Positions 26,118 through 39,146 of a stretch of 64,000 bases of DNA are shown in pieces (the stretch's first letter is position 1; each line of letters opens with the position of its first letter). The notes under the pieces were generated by a model. That model had not been told where the DNA came from, did not search any database, and saw only the letters and a list, made by a program, of their open reading frames with translations. Position numbers and translations under genes: made by a program. Source of the DNA: Octopus vulgaris (Eukaryota); assembly GCA_951406725.2 (NCBI GenBank), contig OX597817.1, positions 5,456,001 to 5,520,000 on the forward strand, written 5' to 3'.

Positions 26118-27322
26118 GTGTGTGTGTGTGTGTGTGCGTGTGTGTGTGTGTGTGCGTGTGTGTGTGTTTGTATACACATCCCTCTTACTGTTTTCAATCA
26201 TTGAAATACGACCAAAGTGGAGTACCAATTCTAAAGAAACTATTAACATATCAACACATTCCATATACTTAGTATGGTGCTCATTTTATCGAGCATCCTT
26301 TGCTGAATGCTTGAATTAGCGTAACTTAATTAATTCTATTAGCATACATATGTATATAAGTACGGATACACAAACCCATGCATGCACACAAGCAGTTATC
26401 TATGCATATCTACGCATGTCTGTGCAAAATAAATATCTACGTAAACGTGTTTGTGTGTATGTGTGTGTGTGTGCATGTGTGTGTGTGCGTGTGTGTGTGC
26501 GCGCATGTTAGAAAGAAATTGAGTAAGAGAGTGAAAAGCAATAAAGATGGCTGGTAGGATTAAAGACAGTTAAAGATATATTTTGAAAACAGAAATAAAT
26601 GAAAATATATCTTGATGCATGTATTACTTAATATAATAAAGGATATCCGTTACACTGAAAATGGTGTTATACATAATGTAAGAATTCCCGGGTTCATATA
26701 CATGTTGAAATTATACACACGTTGAGAAACGCATTTTGAAACATATGTCGCCGGACCTAGCGTATGTTCTTTTTTAATTTTGCTTTGTTTTGTTTAGTTT
26801 TTTGTCGTGTTTTTTTTTTTTTGTGGCACGCCAGTTAACTTCCATCACCATAAATAATACAAAATAATTAATAACTAGTCTTGTGTCATCATAAGTAAGA
26901 GAGAGAGCGGGGAGAGAGAGAACAGAAAGTGAGAATAAACCTATCCTTTGTAAAATAACCGCGGCACTATGGCACAAATCCGGCTTGCATGCATTCGCCT
27001 ATTGAAGCATACTGTATATATATTCGAGAGCAGATGTATAGCTTCTAACTTCGACGCAAGACAGCCGTGAGGCAGGTGTACGGTCTCACAAATTTATATC
27101 TCTTGGCATTAAGCAATTTGAAATGATATTAATGAAAATCAACGAGACATTTTCACTATATACGTATGCTAAAGTACACAAGAAAATATGTTCTATGTGC
27201 TATTTATGGAAAAATGTATATTCTCAAGATGCAAATTAGATATTTATTTCAGTTAGGAGAGAGAGTACAGAAAAAAACGGGATATAATTACTGTTGCTTT
27301 CCATTGATGATTTTGTTGTTAC

Positions 27323-27356
<34 letters not shown>

Positions 27357-27726
27357 GGTGGTGGTGGTGGTGGTTGTGGTCCTACCATTCACTGTTGCTG
27401 TGGTTTACTTTTGCTGTTGATATTGTCGGTAGATTCAGAAGGACTCAGTAAAATTGAATGTTTTTTTTTCCTTTTGAAATATAAAAGGGCTCAACAAATC
27501 GAGAGGGTACGATAATTATAAGAGAACTCTACTGGATTAAACAATTACAAATTATTTGATTGGTGTGAACATATTTTTTTAATTTGTTAACTCAAAGCTT
27601 CAGACTTCTTTGAGTTCAAGAGGCCCAAACCCCATGCTTGGGACCACTTAGCCATTATGCCACTGGGCCACTGCGGCATGGCCTATAGTGGCCCATATAT
27701 AAATCCTTCCCTGAACATGGCCAAAT

Positions 27727-28110
27727 AGGCGCAGGCATTTCCCTGTGGTTAAGACTTTCGCTTCACAGCCAAACGGTTTGCGATTTTGGTCATATCATGG
27801 TGCACCAACGTCTACTATAGCTAAGGGTTAATAACTGACTTGTGAGTGGATTTCATAGACTGAATCGGTGTGGAAATTGTCGTATATATGCGTGTGTTTG
27901 TGTGTGCATCCCGCTGTTCGTACTTACCTACTTGTAGCATGCTAACCGGTGTTAGTTTGTTTACGTCCCCGTAAACAATTCGGCTGCAAGAAAGAGACAA
28001 CATCAGTACCAAAACTAAAAACAAGTATTGAAGTCGATCGATGCGTTTAAATATTACAAGTCAGTGCCTCCTGCATGACCACGATCCGATGCTTGTAAAA
28101 GGTAAAAGAA
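27727..28110 (+). mobile_element. SINE family A, old diverged copy
   Basis: ggcgcagg head, ttgtgagtggatt body, tacgtccccgtaa motif. Confidence 0.7.
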
Positions 28111-28246
28111 TATATGCACCAGCGAGTAGTGTATATGTATGTATATATATATCCAGCATAAAGTTAGAAACTACTAACAGTAACATGAATAAGAAATGGA
28201 GTCTAGGCAAGCTTCTATAACACGCCTGGTGTCATCAAGCAATCCT

Positions 28247-28499
28247 TGAGCTCTGAGTACGTGGCTTATACAATTTACAAATCAGGACTAGAACAAGAGA
28301 ATTCAAGAGGGAAAATGGGTTGGATGCAAAAAGTGGAAGGGTAAAAATAAAAAAAAAAAACCAACGGAAAAAGGAGAGAAGAGACAAATTTTCAATTGCA
28401 TTTTTTTTTTTTTTCAGCCTTCCACTTTATGCATCTTTTTTCTCCTAATACCCCTTGTTTTATTGTACTGATTTGTAAATTGTATAAGCTATGAGCTCA
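28247..28499. repeat. Imperfect fold-back (MITE-like)
   Basis: gcttatacaatttacaaatcag pairs with ctgatttgtaaattgtataagc, and gatgcaaaaagtggaagg with ccttccactttatgcatc. Confidence 0.7.
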
Positions 28500-28629
28500 G
28501 GGCCTGGAGACACAAGTATATATGCATGTATGTATGTCTCTTCTATTTTTTAATTATTATAAATCTTCCACTGTGGAGGGGGCCGGTTTGCAACAAAGAT
28601 ACAAGGCTCCATCTTTGGGATGTATCTAA

Positions 28630-29035
28630 CACAGGTATGTATGTATGCATGAATCTATATATGCGTATGTATGTATGTATGTATGTGTATGTATGTATGT
28701 ATGTATGTATGTATGTATGTATGTATGTATGTATGTATGTATGTATGTATGTATGTATGTATGCATGTATGTATGTATGTGTGTGTGTATGTATATATGT
28801 ATGTATGTGTATGTATGTATGTATGTATGTATGCATGTATGTGTGTATGTATGTATATATGCATGTATGTATGTGTATGTATGTATGTATGTATGCATGT
28901 ATGTATGTATGTGTGTATGTATGTATGTATGCATGAATGTATGTATGTAATTATGTATGTATGCATGTGTATGCATGTATGTATGTATGTATGTATGTAT
29001 GTATGTATGTATGTATGTATGTATGTATGTATGAA
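28630..29035. repeat. (TATG)n microsatellite
   Basis: Seen directly. Confidence 0.96.
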
Positions 29036-29273
29036 CGCATGTCATGTTTGCATGTAAAGATATATCTATAGCTTGTAACTGTATATTGTGTACATTAGCT
29101 GATATTTATCTTTCACTAGATAGAGTACTTATATTACCGATTTTACATTAACAGAAAAGTAAACTATAGATAGATACATCCTTATATACATTCATACAAA
29201 CATACATACATATATACATACTACGTACGTACATACATACATACATACATACATACATACATACATACATACA

Positions 29274-29304
<31 letters not shown>

Positions 29305-29368
29305 GCATGTATGATTGTATGTATATGTTTTACGGCGTTTGGCAGAATTTTGAACTTTTCCCTCTTGT

Positions 29369-30315
29369 GTGAGGGGGGAAATTATTCTTTTTTGGGGGCG
29401 AGGGTGCACCCAAAATTATCATTTAAAAATGAATAGTTCCTCAGGTGAGGCAACTACGACGGAGCCAATACTGAACATGCCTACTGAAGATCAAGAAACC
29501 GAACCAAGAAATAAGAAAGTGACAAATTTTGCAGCAGTAGCTGGCGTGAATAAGAAGGAATTGAATATCGATCAGAATGAACTAAGCAAATATAAAGGAC
29601 TGATTCAAAGGGTGGGGCACGAGGTAAATGTCACCTCTCCTAGTGAAGTGACTCACAAAGCGTCCCGTTGTACTGTAGTTTACAAATCATTTATTACAAA
29701 GAGCAAAAACTTGGATATAGCTCCGAAAGAGGCCGTGTGGCAAGTTATCGCCTACTTAGCCAGGAGCAAAAGATATGCAACCATAGAGGTGAGATTCAAA
29801 ACGGAAGAAAAAGCCAGGCAAAATTCCACGGACTCCCTGAAATCTACAGTGGTGATCTTCCTGCCCACATATCTTAGAAGACGCACTACCAGGGTAAGGG
29901 TAGGAGAAATCCCTCCAGAAGTGGACGTTGCCTGGCTGGTGGTGACACTTGTGGTGGACCTGGAGGATAAAACTTCCATCCTCCAGGCAACCAAAATAGA
30001 GCATCAAAACTGCTTAGGACAAGTGCTTGAGATGTTGATACAAGCTGCCCCCGCTGAGTTAGAACAAAATGTAGAGACTAGATGGAGGAGGAGACCAGGC
30101 TTCGAGTGATGGTCGAGGAAAGGAAGCTTACATGCCACATAAGAGCAGATTACAAGCCTCTTCGCGAGAAAGATTCGGCTTCCGCACCTCCTGGAAAAGA
30201 TACCGAACCCTCAACAACAGCCAAGGCAGCCTCTACATCAGAGGTTGAAGCAGAGAAACCAGAGGTGGAAGCAGAGACACCTACCACACAGTCAGGGACA
30301 CAATGGACTTCGTGA
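29369..30315 (+). mobile_element. Tx1/L1-type LINE ORF1 (gag-like), degenerate
   Basis: 246-aa ORF with an FAAVA N-terminal motif and RRM-like IEVRF..TRVRVGEIPPEV. After a frameshift, RVMVEERKLTCHIRAD looks like a collapsed zinc knuckle, followed by a P/E/T-rich tail. Confidence 0.6.
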
Positions 30316-30319
30316 GACA

Positions 30320-30538
30320 GCACATCAGAAGCATGGGTGGACCGCTCTCATCCCGGACTTGAACCCAATTCTACACCTGTGGGATGAAATCCAGGAACGG
30401 CTGAACAACTCGTGTGGAACTGGAGGCAGCTTCATTCAAATAATCAGTAACATTAAACTGGCGGTTATAATTCGCAAGGCTTCACCTTCTAATTAAATAC
30501 AAAAACATGCATGTATGTATGTGTGTGTGTGTATGTGC

Positions 30539-30603
<65 letters not shown>

Positions 30604-30765
30604 GTTAAGTACATGCTCGGTCATGGAGTGATCAATGGTTTCGCATTCATGAAGAGCTTAGTCCCATGGATGCGAATGTATTGGTCACTCTATGACCGGA
30701 CATATAACTGCATATAAATACATTACTGCTTTATGCTTTAGAGTGTGCTTCTTTTTCGTGTATAT
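30320..30765 (+). mobile_element. Tc1-like transposase 3' remnant
   Basis: WTALIPDLNPILHLWDEIQERL matches the WPxxSPDLNPIEHLW motif; split by (TA)n. Confidence 0.6.
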
Positions 30766-30786
30766 GATTCACTAACGGTATTGTGA

Positions 30787-30829
<43 letters not shown>

Positions 30830-32254
30830 CGTGCGCGTGTATTTTTTGGACTAATGGGTATATGTCAATTAATGTGCTGGTGTGTTCCGTAAAGCACTAG
30901 CAAGCTTTAGGCTAACTGGTGTCATCCGGAGTCGATGTATATTTCCGTTGGATCTACTTCAGTGTTGAGATAATAATCGATAATGGAAACAGTAGGTGGG
31001 TTTGGCATTAGTCGTTATTGTGTACGACAATCGATCGAAATGATCGTCTTACACAATACCAAGTCTATCTTCTGTTTCCCTAATCGATATACATGTGTGT
31101 GTGTGTGTGCGTGTGTGTGTGTCTGTGTGTGTGTGTGTGTGTGTGTACATTACCAACATGATATAGAGTAACAATGCATCTTCAGTCCTGGTATCGGAGA
31201 TAATAATCAGGTTTAAGAAATAAATATCACGGACTGAAGTAGTTTTAATAGGGATAACAATATATCCTACTTAATGTTTATGTTTCGAGAACGTCGAATA
31301 ACGTTTCTATGTTTGTAGAACACCGAATAACTTATATATTAGTAATATATATTCTAGTAGTATATATAAATTACTAGAACAACCGTGCATAATTCGTCTT
31401 GAGATATCCTCTTGCGACATCAGTGACTGAAAAATCATTGTCATTCCTTGTATCATTGGTAATGAGATTTGGCTTGCATGTGGTGAGCGGACGTCTGTCA
31501 CTGAGGAAGTTAAGTACACTGAAATTAAGTGATCTTGTAGTTTCGCCGCCCAAGCTAACTGTTCTTGTTTATTAGCGAAATATGTGTGTTCTTAGCAACG
31601 CACGTCTCTATGGTGGGGAGAACCTTTCAAGGCGAATACCGTAGCATTCTGTGTTCTAAGAATACATCCATGTAGGATATAAAGATTGCCATTCAGTATT
31701 AATACTGCTTCCGTCGCTAATATTTATAATATACGCGCGCGTATGTGTGTGTGTGTGTGTTTTATAGACGCATAAGCAGATGCATATATCCATTCAAATA
31801 TATGCACATTCAAATAGAATACACACACATACCGATACGTATGCCCCTGTATAAACACCGACTTTCATATATATATCTGGACCATTCTGACAAAAATCAA
31901 AATTGTATGCACAATATGAAGAACACCACTACCCAAAAAGAACAGGCAGTAGGAAGAGTGAAAGATAAGAAGTCTACGCAATTAGAATACAGAAATAAAT
32001 TGACATGAATTTGTGCGAAATAAAGTGCAAAGTGGTTTAGATTTGAATGGACCTACTAAGAGATGCTATTCAAATAGAGGAGGTAACCAATACATAAGTT
32101 CGGTAAATAGTACTATAGGAATAGCTGACAAATATAATGTTAAATATAATAGCAAACAAACCCATTGCCGTAATAAAAACCAACTAAATAGGTTACACAC
32201 TTTTACTAAGGTAAAAATAGAAATACATACCTCAATAACATAGATACCTTTAGC

Positions 32255-33197
32255 GATATCGAATGGTATATAATTCCCTTCAGAAAACAAATAATTTCCA
32301 TTATACCAAAATTGATTTATTGACTAAAACTTTTCCAAAGGACTGTAAATACTATAGAATATTAAAAGCATAGAATTAGACTAGCTTTTTCCAATAGCAA
32401 AAATCCAGTACAAATTATAGCAGCACAGAACGGAATTAGATTTTACAGTTTCCATATGAACAATATTAATGATAGTAACCAGAATGATAATCATAGATCG
32501 ATAAATAGCAACAACGTCAACATAAGCGAACAAACTATAAGTAACATAACAACGCATTAGGATAGGAAGTATGCTTTAACAACCAATAAAATAAGTGAGA
32601 CCCGAGTGAACTCTCCCATTAACCTGGAAGTAGAAAACGTGAATCCTAAAAAGCGCGGTACCCAGAATGTTATCTATGTGTAAAAGACTAATAGCTAATA
32701 AGATAGACAGGAGAATATAGAAATCACACCTAGCGAAGGTGAAGCTGATATTATTAATAGAAGTAGTAGAATTATTAAATGTGATTATGCAAGGGACAGA
32801 GTCTGTTCGCTTAACTCTAATTGTAGATATAAAAAATATCGTATACAGATGTCAGATTACCTCAGAGAATAGGGAGAATATAGGAGCTTGCTCGTGTTAT
32901 ATTAGCAATTCTCTAATTGCTAATCATTTAAATTCATTTAGAAATAGGAACAAAATGGATGCTACTAACCTTAGTAAACAAATTTGAGGACTAGAAGATA
33001 GTAACAAAATATTTTCGGTTGCTTGGAAATAATTAGTGAGGCAAAAACCTTATCGAATAGACGATAATAGATGTGAACCTTGTAAGGAAGAAATGTACCA
33101 AATTTTTACTTCCAAATTCACTCTTATAAACACTAAACAGGAACAAGCTATGAGATGTCCACACGGGACAAAATATGCGTTTAAACGATTTGAATAA
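32255..33197 (+). mobile_element. Degenerate Penelope-like element: RT-EN linker and GIY-YIG endonuclease
   Basis: IEWYIIPF..KTFPKDCKYYRIL..IRLAFSNSKN; KNIVYRCQITSE..IG..IANHLNSFRNRNKMDATNLSKQI*..VAWK..KPY..RCEPCKEE..LINTKQE..RCPH. Confidence 0.85.
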
Positions 33198-34443
33198 ACA
33201 TAACTTACCATCTATAGTAAATATACTGTTTAAAATAATGATTATGATAATTAATGATATTTATGCAAATAATACAAATAAATATAATTATAATAATAAA
33301 AACAATAATATAAATTGAAGATATAAACCCAAAATAAGTTAAATACGTCTGAATTAAATGAGGCGTTTAATAATAGACCGTCTTAAGCCCCACAACTTAA
33401 AACCCGAGAAAAACGTAGTCAAAGTTTCACAACATACAGAATGCGATATCTCAGCAAAGAATGAAGTTAGGAAACTGGTTTTGGTCTTAAAATGACAGCG
33501 AAGACTTCCTCTAATCATTCTAAGCAAATATTTATGTATCTAAAAGATGAAACTATATGACTGCATTTTTCTCATTTTGTAGAATATACTGGTACTACGA
33601 AACGGTGTATTGCATTGCACGTTTTAGCCATAACACCAAGAAAAAACATACAGAGGCACTCCAAAGGTATTCTCTGTGTTTTAATATACCAAGGTAAGTA
33701 TGTTTAAAATATAAGACAAGATAGTGAGATAAAGCCCATTATCGTTACGATGGTAACGAGGTGTATTAAAAAATGAGCCATAACACCTCGTAAAACGATA
33801 CAAGGACCACACCAAAGTTGTTGATTGAGCTTACGATGGTGTGTTACTAAACTCTCTGGTTCGAGTTTGGGTGAGCGAGCGTCGCGTCAACAGCGTCGAG
33901 ATACATTTTTTTCAACTGAATTTCAGACCTTATTGCAAGCCTCACCGGTTCTTCCTCCCAACTTCTTGGGGACTCTAGACGCCGAAACAAAGAAAGTGAT
34001 ATACTAACCTCGAAAATGGTCGGAGTGGCGCTTACGATACTCTGTTACTAAACGTCTCAAATAATATGCTCCATACAATAAAATGCAAACAAAATTGCTA
34101 CAATTAATTGGAATATGAATAAACATTTTAAAACCACGATTCAACTGTAAAACCAGCAGAGGTGATTATAGCATTAAAATTCAATTCGATTCAAAAAGTA
34201 ACGTCATCACCTTCAAGTGAATACCAACGCAGGAAGCTTGTTTGAATTATTCACTTTGAAAACGCTATAAGTAATGGACCCTTGATGAAATTGCAGTGAC
34301 AAGGATGCATAATTGCATAAGAACAATGTGCAGTTGCTGCAGTAGAAACATATGTTGGTTACTGTTATATATGTTGTGGAAAACATTTTTAATAAAAATG
34401 TTTTGGATGTGAATAAATCTCCACTCTCCTCTTGGCTTTCAAT

Positions 34444-34474
<31 letters not shown>

Positions 34475-34535
34475 ATATACATATATATATATACATATAC
34501 ATATACATATATGTGTGTGTATGCGTGTGTGCGCG

Positions 34536-34590
<55 letters not shown>

Positions 34591-34749
34591 TATATAAGAT
34601 AGATGAGTGTATTTTTCCTTGTTAACGAATTAACACGGAAAAATAGATAGTCGACGCGAGGCGCTAGCAAAATAATCACACAAGTAAAGAGGTTGTATGC
34701 TCCATGTTTTTATATAGGTACGAAACTTCATTTACGTGTATTTTTATAT

Positions 34750-34990
34750 CTTGCATATATAAAAAGATATACGTGTCTGTCTCCTACGATTTAGATTCCA
34801 ACTACAGGACGTTTTGCGGTGAAAAACATAAAATCTTATAGTCGTGATTCATATCGAAAAGTCCTTCTGGGTATTAGCGCGCGTCTACGATGAGTCTATA
34901 TTTAAATATAAATTTATATTCATTTTTAAATTTTAATGCATTTTTCCCTTTATATAACAAGTAACTCTCTAAAAATAGTCTAAATGAGTC
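34750..34990 (+). mobile_element. Degenerate 5' part of the non-autonomous Helitron family
   Basis: tgtctgtctcctacgatttagattcc..tcttatagtcgtgattcatat..attagcgcgcgtctacgatgagtc is the reverse complement of 36340-36480. Confidence 0.75.
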
Positions 34991-35095
34991 ACCAGGGTAG
35001 CAAAAAATCACACATATAAAGAGGTTGTAACTCCTTGTTTTTAAAGGTAGAAACTTCGGGTTTACGTGGAATTTTTTATATAATATATAAGTAAA

Positions 35096-35344
35096 TAAAT
35101 GGAGTTTAACGCAGGTATAATTCAAATACTTTTACTTCCGATACATGTTTCGAAGATTTCACTGATATTATTCCACAGGAATAAATGGTGTAAAACAAAT
35201 GTAATCTTCTCTTCAGGGAAGTGAAGAAATGAAGAGAAGACTACATTGCTTTTACACCATTTATTCCTTTGGAATAATATCAGTGAAATCTTCGAAACAT
35301 GTATCGGAAGTAAAAGTATTTGAATTACACTTGCGTTAAACTCC

Positions 35345-35349
<5 letters not shown>
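35096..35349. repeat. Long inverted repeat (about 120-bp arms, 14-nt spacer)
   Basis: 35096-35215 against 35230-35349; abuts (TA)n. Confidence 0.93.
35134..35222 (-). ncRNA. Type I hammerhead ribozyme
   Basis: ACTTCC-CTGAAGA-GAAGATT..AATCTTC-GAAA-CATGTA-TC-GGAAGT. This gives a 6-bp stem I, a 7-bp stem II, an AUC site and an ACATGT palindrome in loop III. Confidence 0.78.
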
Positions 35350-35406
<57 letters not shown>

Positions 35407-36102
35407 GGAAATATAAATAAACAAGTCTTAACGTATCTTCAACAGAAAGATACACACAGAGAGAAAAAACACAGAAAGAAGGAGAGAAAAAATGCGTGCA
35501 GAGGTAAGTGTTGATAGTGGTATTGGTAGAATATAGGATGAAAAGGAAAGAGAGGAAGAGAGGGACAGCACATAAGTTAGAATACGAAGATGGGGAAAGT
35601 AATAAAGAAATCATATAAACTTACAAATACAGCTTAAAATTGCGACGCGGCACCTCCAGATTATTATTACATTCTTCTCTATCTTACGAAATTACAGCGA
35701 AGTGTTAATTCTATCATCAAAAGAATGTTTATTGCACTTACCTACCTTTGATTGTAGTCAATAAATGTAGCTTTATAGCAAAAATATATCGTAAATATAT
35801 ATATAAATAAGTTTATATACTGAGACATTAGATCTGAAATCATATATTGAAACGGATATTGTTGTAATTTTCAAGATTACTGCTTGTTATTTTAATAAAT
35901 GACAAACTTACTCACTGTCTGTTATTTTATGCACTTCTTCGGCTACTTTTGCTGGAACTGAAGTCATATAATGTAAAGTAGCAGTAATTAAAATAAAGAA
36001 GTGAATTAACAGCTATCTCTTTAGCGCCTGTGCTGCATATTTGGCAAAAGAACAAATGCAACAACCTATATTAATTACTAACAACTAAAGTTATATTTTA
36101 CA

Positions 36103-36504
36103 CTAGCAGTATCGCCCGGCGTTGCTCGGGTTTGTAAGGAAAATAACTATATAAGCATTTTTAGAGAGTTATAGCCAAACAATAGCAAAAAAATGCATTA
36201 AAAATGGAAAAAAAAATGATGGTAAATTTTTTTTAAATCGTTGATTCATCGTAGACATTTTTAGAGAGTTACTTCTCTTATATAATAGCGAAAAAGATGC
36301 ATTAAAATGGAAAAAAATGATGGTAAATTTTCTTTAGAATCGTAGACTCATCGTAGACGCGCGCTAATACCCAGAAGGGCTCTATATGAATCACGACTAT
36401 AAGATACCCGGTTTTGGTTAAACTGCACCGAAAAATGTGGGAGTAGTTAGGAATCTAAATCGTAGGAGACAGACAGCACACAACCACTCTTTTATATATA
36501 AAGA
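36103..36504 (-). mobile_element. Non-autonomous Helitron with internal tandem duplication
   Basis: A|TC...hairpin+CTAG|T termini. An about 100-bp unit (ttttagagagtta..gcattaaaatggaaaa..catcgtagac) occurs twice. Confidence 0.88.
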
Positions 36505-37294
36505 TTACTTATTTCGATAAAATCTGAACTTTATGGTAACAAAACATGCTATAACGTAACGTTATTCCTTAAAAAAAATTATGTTCACATTTATGAATAA
36601 TCTGTATTCCATAATAGACTGCAAATGTATTCTTGTTGAAACCTCAGAACACGTTTCACTTTTATCATTGTCTGAATAGTCAGTATTCAAGTTCAGCACA
36701 CTTGATAGCATATAGAGGTATTCATGTTTTCTTATTCTCTTCTTTTAGCTGACACGGTGCTCAACTAAGTAGTCTTTGACTGTGGCATACATTAATTATT
36801 ATGTTCACCACCTACTACTTTGGTTTAATGCATACACAAAACTGACATCTGAAAAGTTGTTATAAAACTTAGCATAAACACTATAGCGAAGTGATTTCAT
36901 TGTACCGTAACTGATGTTTGCCCGGAAAAGTAATTCGTTGAAACAGCGTAATTCTGCACCGCTATCTACATTCCACGCACTCCTCTTTTCCAGATAACGT
37001 TATCCAACGAACTGAAATTAAATTTTTAATTTGCACACTTGCTAACTATTTGCAGTTATCTCAGGAACAACTCAAATTATGAAAACCTACCGTTTATATC
37101 TACGAAAACGAAATAAATTAAAAACAAAAGTCTACGTATAGACCCCTTTTCTTATTAAGAAATTATTTGGTACTTTAGAATGTAACCTTGCTCTGTTCAA
37201 CATATCGTATGCAAACGAACTACGAGTTATGAAAGCAGATTTAGTGATAAGAAAACAAAATCTTATAGTAATATACACATACTATAGTAATATA

Positions 37295-37719
37295 GGTGCA
37301 GAAGTGGCTGTGTGATAAATAGCTTGCTTACCAACCACATGGTTCAAGGTTCCGGGTTCAGTCCCATTGCGTGACACCTTGGGCAAGTGTCTTCTACTAT
37401 AGCTTCGGGCTGACCAAAGACTTGTGAGTGGATTTGGTAGACGGAAACTGAAAGAAGCTCGTCGTATATATGTATAAAAATAATATATATATATGTATAT
37501 GTGTGTATATGTTTGTGTGTTAGTGTTTGTCCCCCAACATCGCTTGACAACCGATGTTGGTGTGTTTACATCCCCGTCACCTAGCGGTTCGGCAAAGAGA
37601 CCGATAGAATAAGTACTGGGCTTACAAAGAATAAGTCCTGGGGTTGATTTACTCGACTCAAGGCGGTGCTCCAGCATGGCCGGATTGAAATGACTGAAAC
37701 AAATAAAAGAGTAAAAGAG
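37295..37719 (+). mobile_element. SINE family A
   Basis: Full-length copy. Confidence 0.9.
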
Positions 37720-37729
37720 ATACGTAAAA

Positions 37730-38130
37730 GGCGGCGAGATGGCAGAAACTTTAGTGCGCCGGGCGAAATGCTTAGCGGTATTTCGTCTGTCACTAAGTTG
37801 TGAGTTCAAATTCCGCTGAGGTCGACTTTGCCTTTCATCCTTTCGGGGTCGATTAAATAAGTACCAGTTACGCACTGGGGTCGATGTAATCGACTTAATC
37901 CGTTTGTCTGTCCTTATTTGTCCTCTCTGTGTTTAGCCCCTAGTGGGTAGTAAAGAAATAGGTATTTCGTCTGCCTTTACGTTCTAAGTTCAAATTCCGC
38001 CGAGGTCGATTTTGCCTTTCATCCTTTCGGAGTCGATAAATTAAGTACCAGCTGCGTACTGCGGTCGATCTAATCGATTGGCGCCCCTCTCCCAAAATTT
38101 CGGACCTTGTGCCTAGAATAGAAAAGAATA
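37730..38130 (+). mobile_element. SINE family B, dimeric form
   Basis: Full unit followed by a second head-truncated unit with an alternative tail. Confidence 0.85.
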
Positions 38131-38185
38131 TACACATACGTTGATAAATAGCATCACAATTTCTTATTATATGTGTCTATTATAA

Positions 38186-38585
38186 AGCTGCGAGATGGCA
38201 GAATCGATAGCACGCCGGGAAAAATGCTTAGCGGTACTTTGTCTGCCGCTACGCTCTGAGTTCAAATTCCGCCGAGGTCGACTTTGCCTTTCATCCTTTC
38301 GGGGTCGATTAAATAAGTACCACTTACGCACTGGGGTCGATATGATCGACTTAATCCGTCTGTCTGTCCTTGTTTGCCCTCTCTGTGTTTAGGCCCTTGT
38401 GAGTAGTAAAGAAATAGATACTTCGTCTGCACTACGTTCTGAGTTCAAACTCCGCTAAGGTCGACTTTGCCTTTCATCTTTTCAGGGCTGATAAATTAAG
38501 CACCAGTGAAACACTGGGTCCATGTAATCGACTAGTCCTCTTCCCCCTAAATATGAGGCCTTGTGCCTCCAGTAGAAAGGATTAT
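38186..38585 (+). mobile_element. SINE family B, dimeric form
   Basis: Same architecture as 37730-38130. Confidence 0.85.
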
Positions 38586-39098
38586 ATATGTTTAAAATAT
38601 CAACATTTTTTTGTTATAATAATTAGTAATACAAACTACTTGAAATTCTGACCACATATGAAGAATATTTTGTCTTTGTTTGAATTCATTTAGTGTTGGG
38701 TTTCTATTGAGTAAAGCATTTCGTTCAGTTATGTCATATAATGAGGGATGTGTTACATCGAACGTAGATCTCTTTGTTTACACATTGTTAATACTGCAGC
38801 GTAATTATGATGAATATTCCACTCCGGTCATTGACATAATATCAAGCTTGATACAATAAAACCGCAAGCTGTACGTTTTGCCGGTTATTGCTTGATAAAG
38901 CTTACATCTCCAAAGAGATGACAGAACGTTAGCATAAAAATAAAGAATTATATCCTACTAAGCCATTCAGACGTGTTTAGGATGAAGAACGTGAAAGGTT
39001 AAATTTGCGGATATATCTCTAATGAATGTCTGCGAATCTATCTTCGCAGTATCCACGTGTGTGTGAGTGTGTGTGTGCATGTGTGTGTGTGCGCGTAC

Positions 39099-39146
<48 letters not shown>

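Noticed and set aside
29369-30109. Host protein-coding gene
   Set aside because: Frameshifted, with a collapsed zinc knuckle and no splice context; fits a LINE ORF1 relic.
31498-31532. CTGAGGA-AGT..ACT-GAAA hammerhead-like string
   Set aside because: No UH cleavage site before the putative stem I (AG instead).
32985-32987. In-frame TGA in the PLE endonuclease as selenocysteine
   Set aside because: The position corresponds to a conserved Trp (TGG to TGA decay), and the element has other stops.
35905-37020. Several minus-strand acceptor/donor-like sites
   Set aside because: Candidate exons contain stops in all frames or lack supporting evidence.
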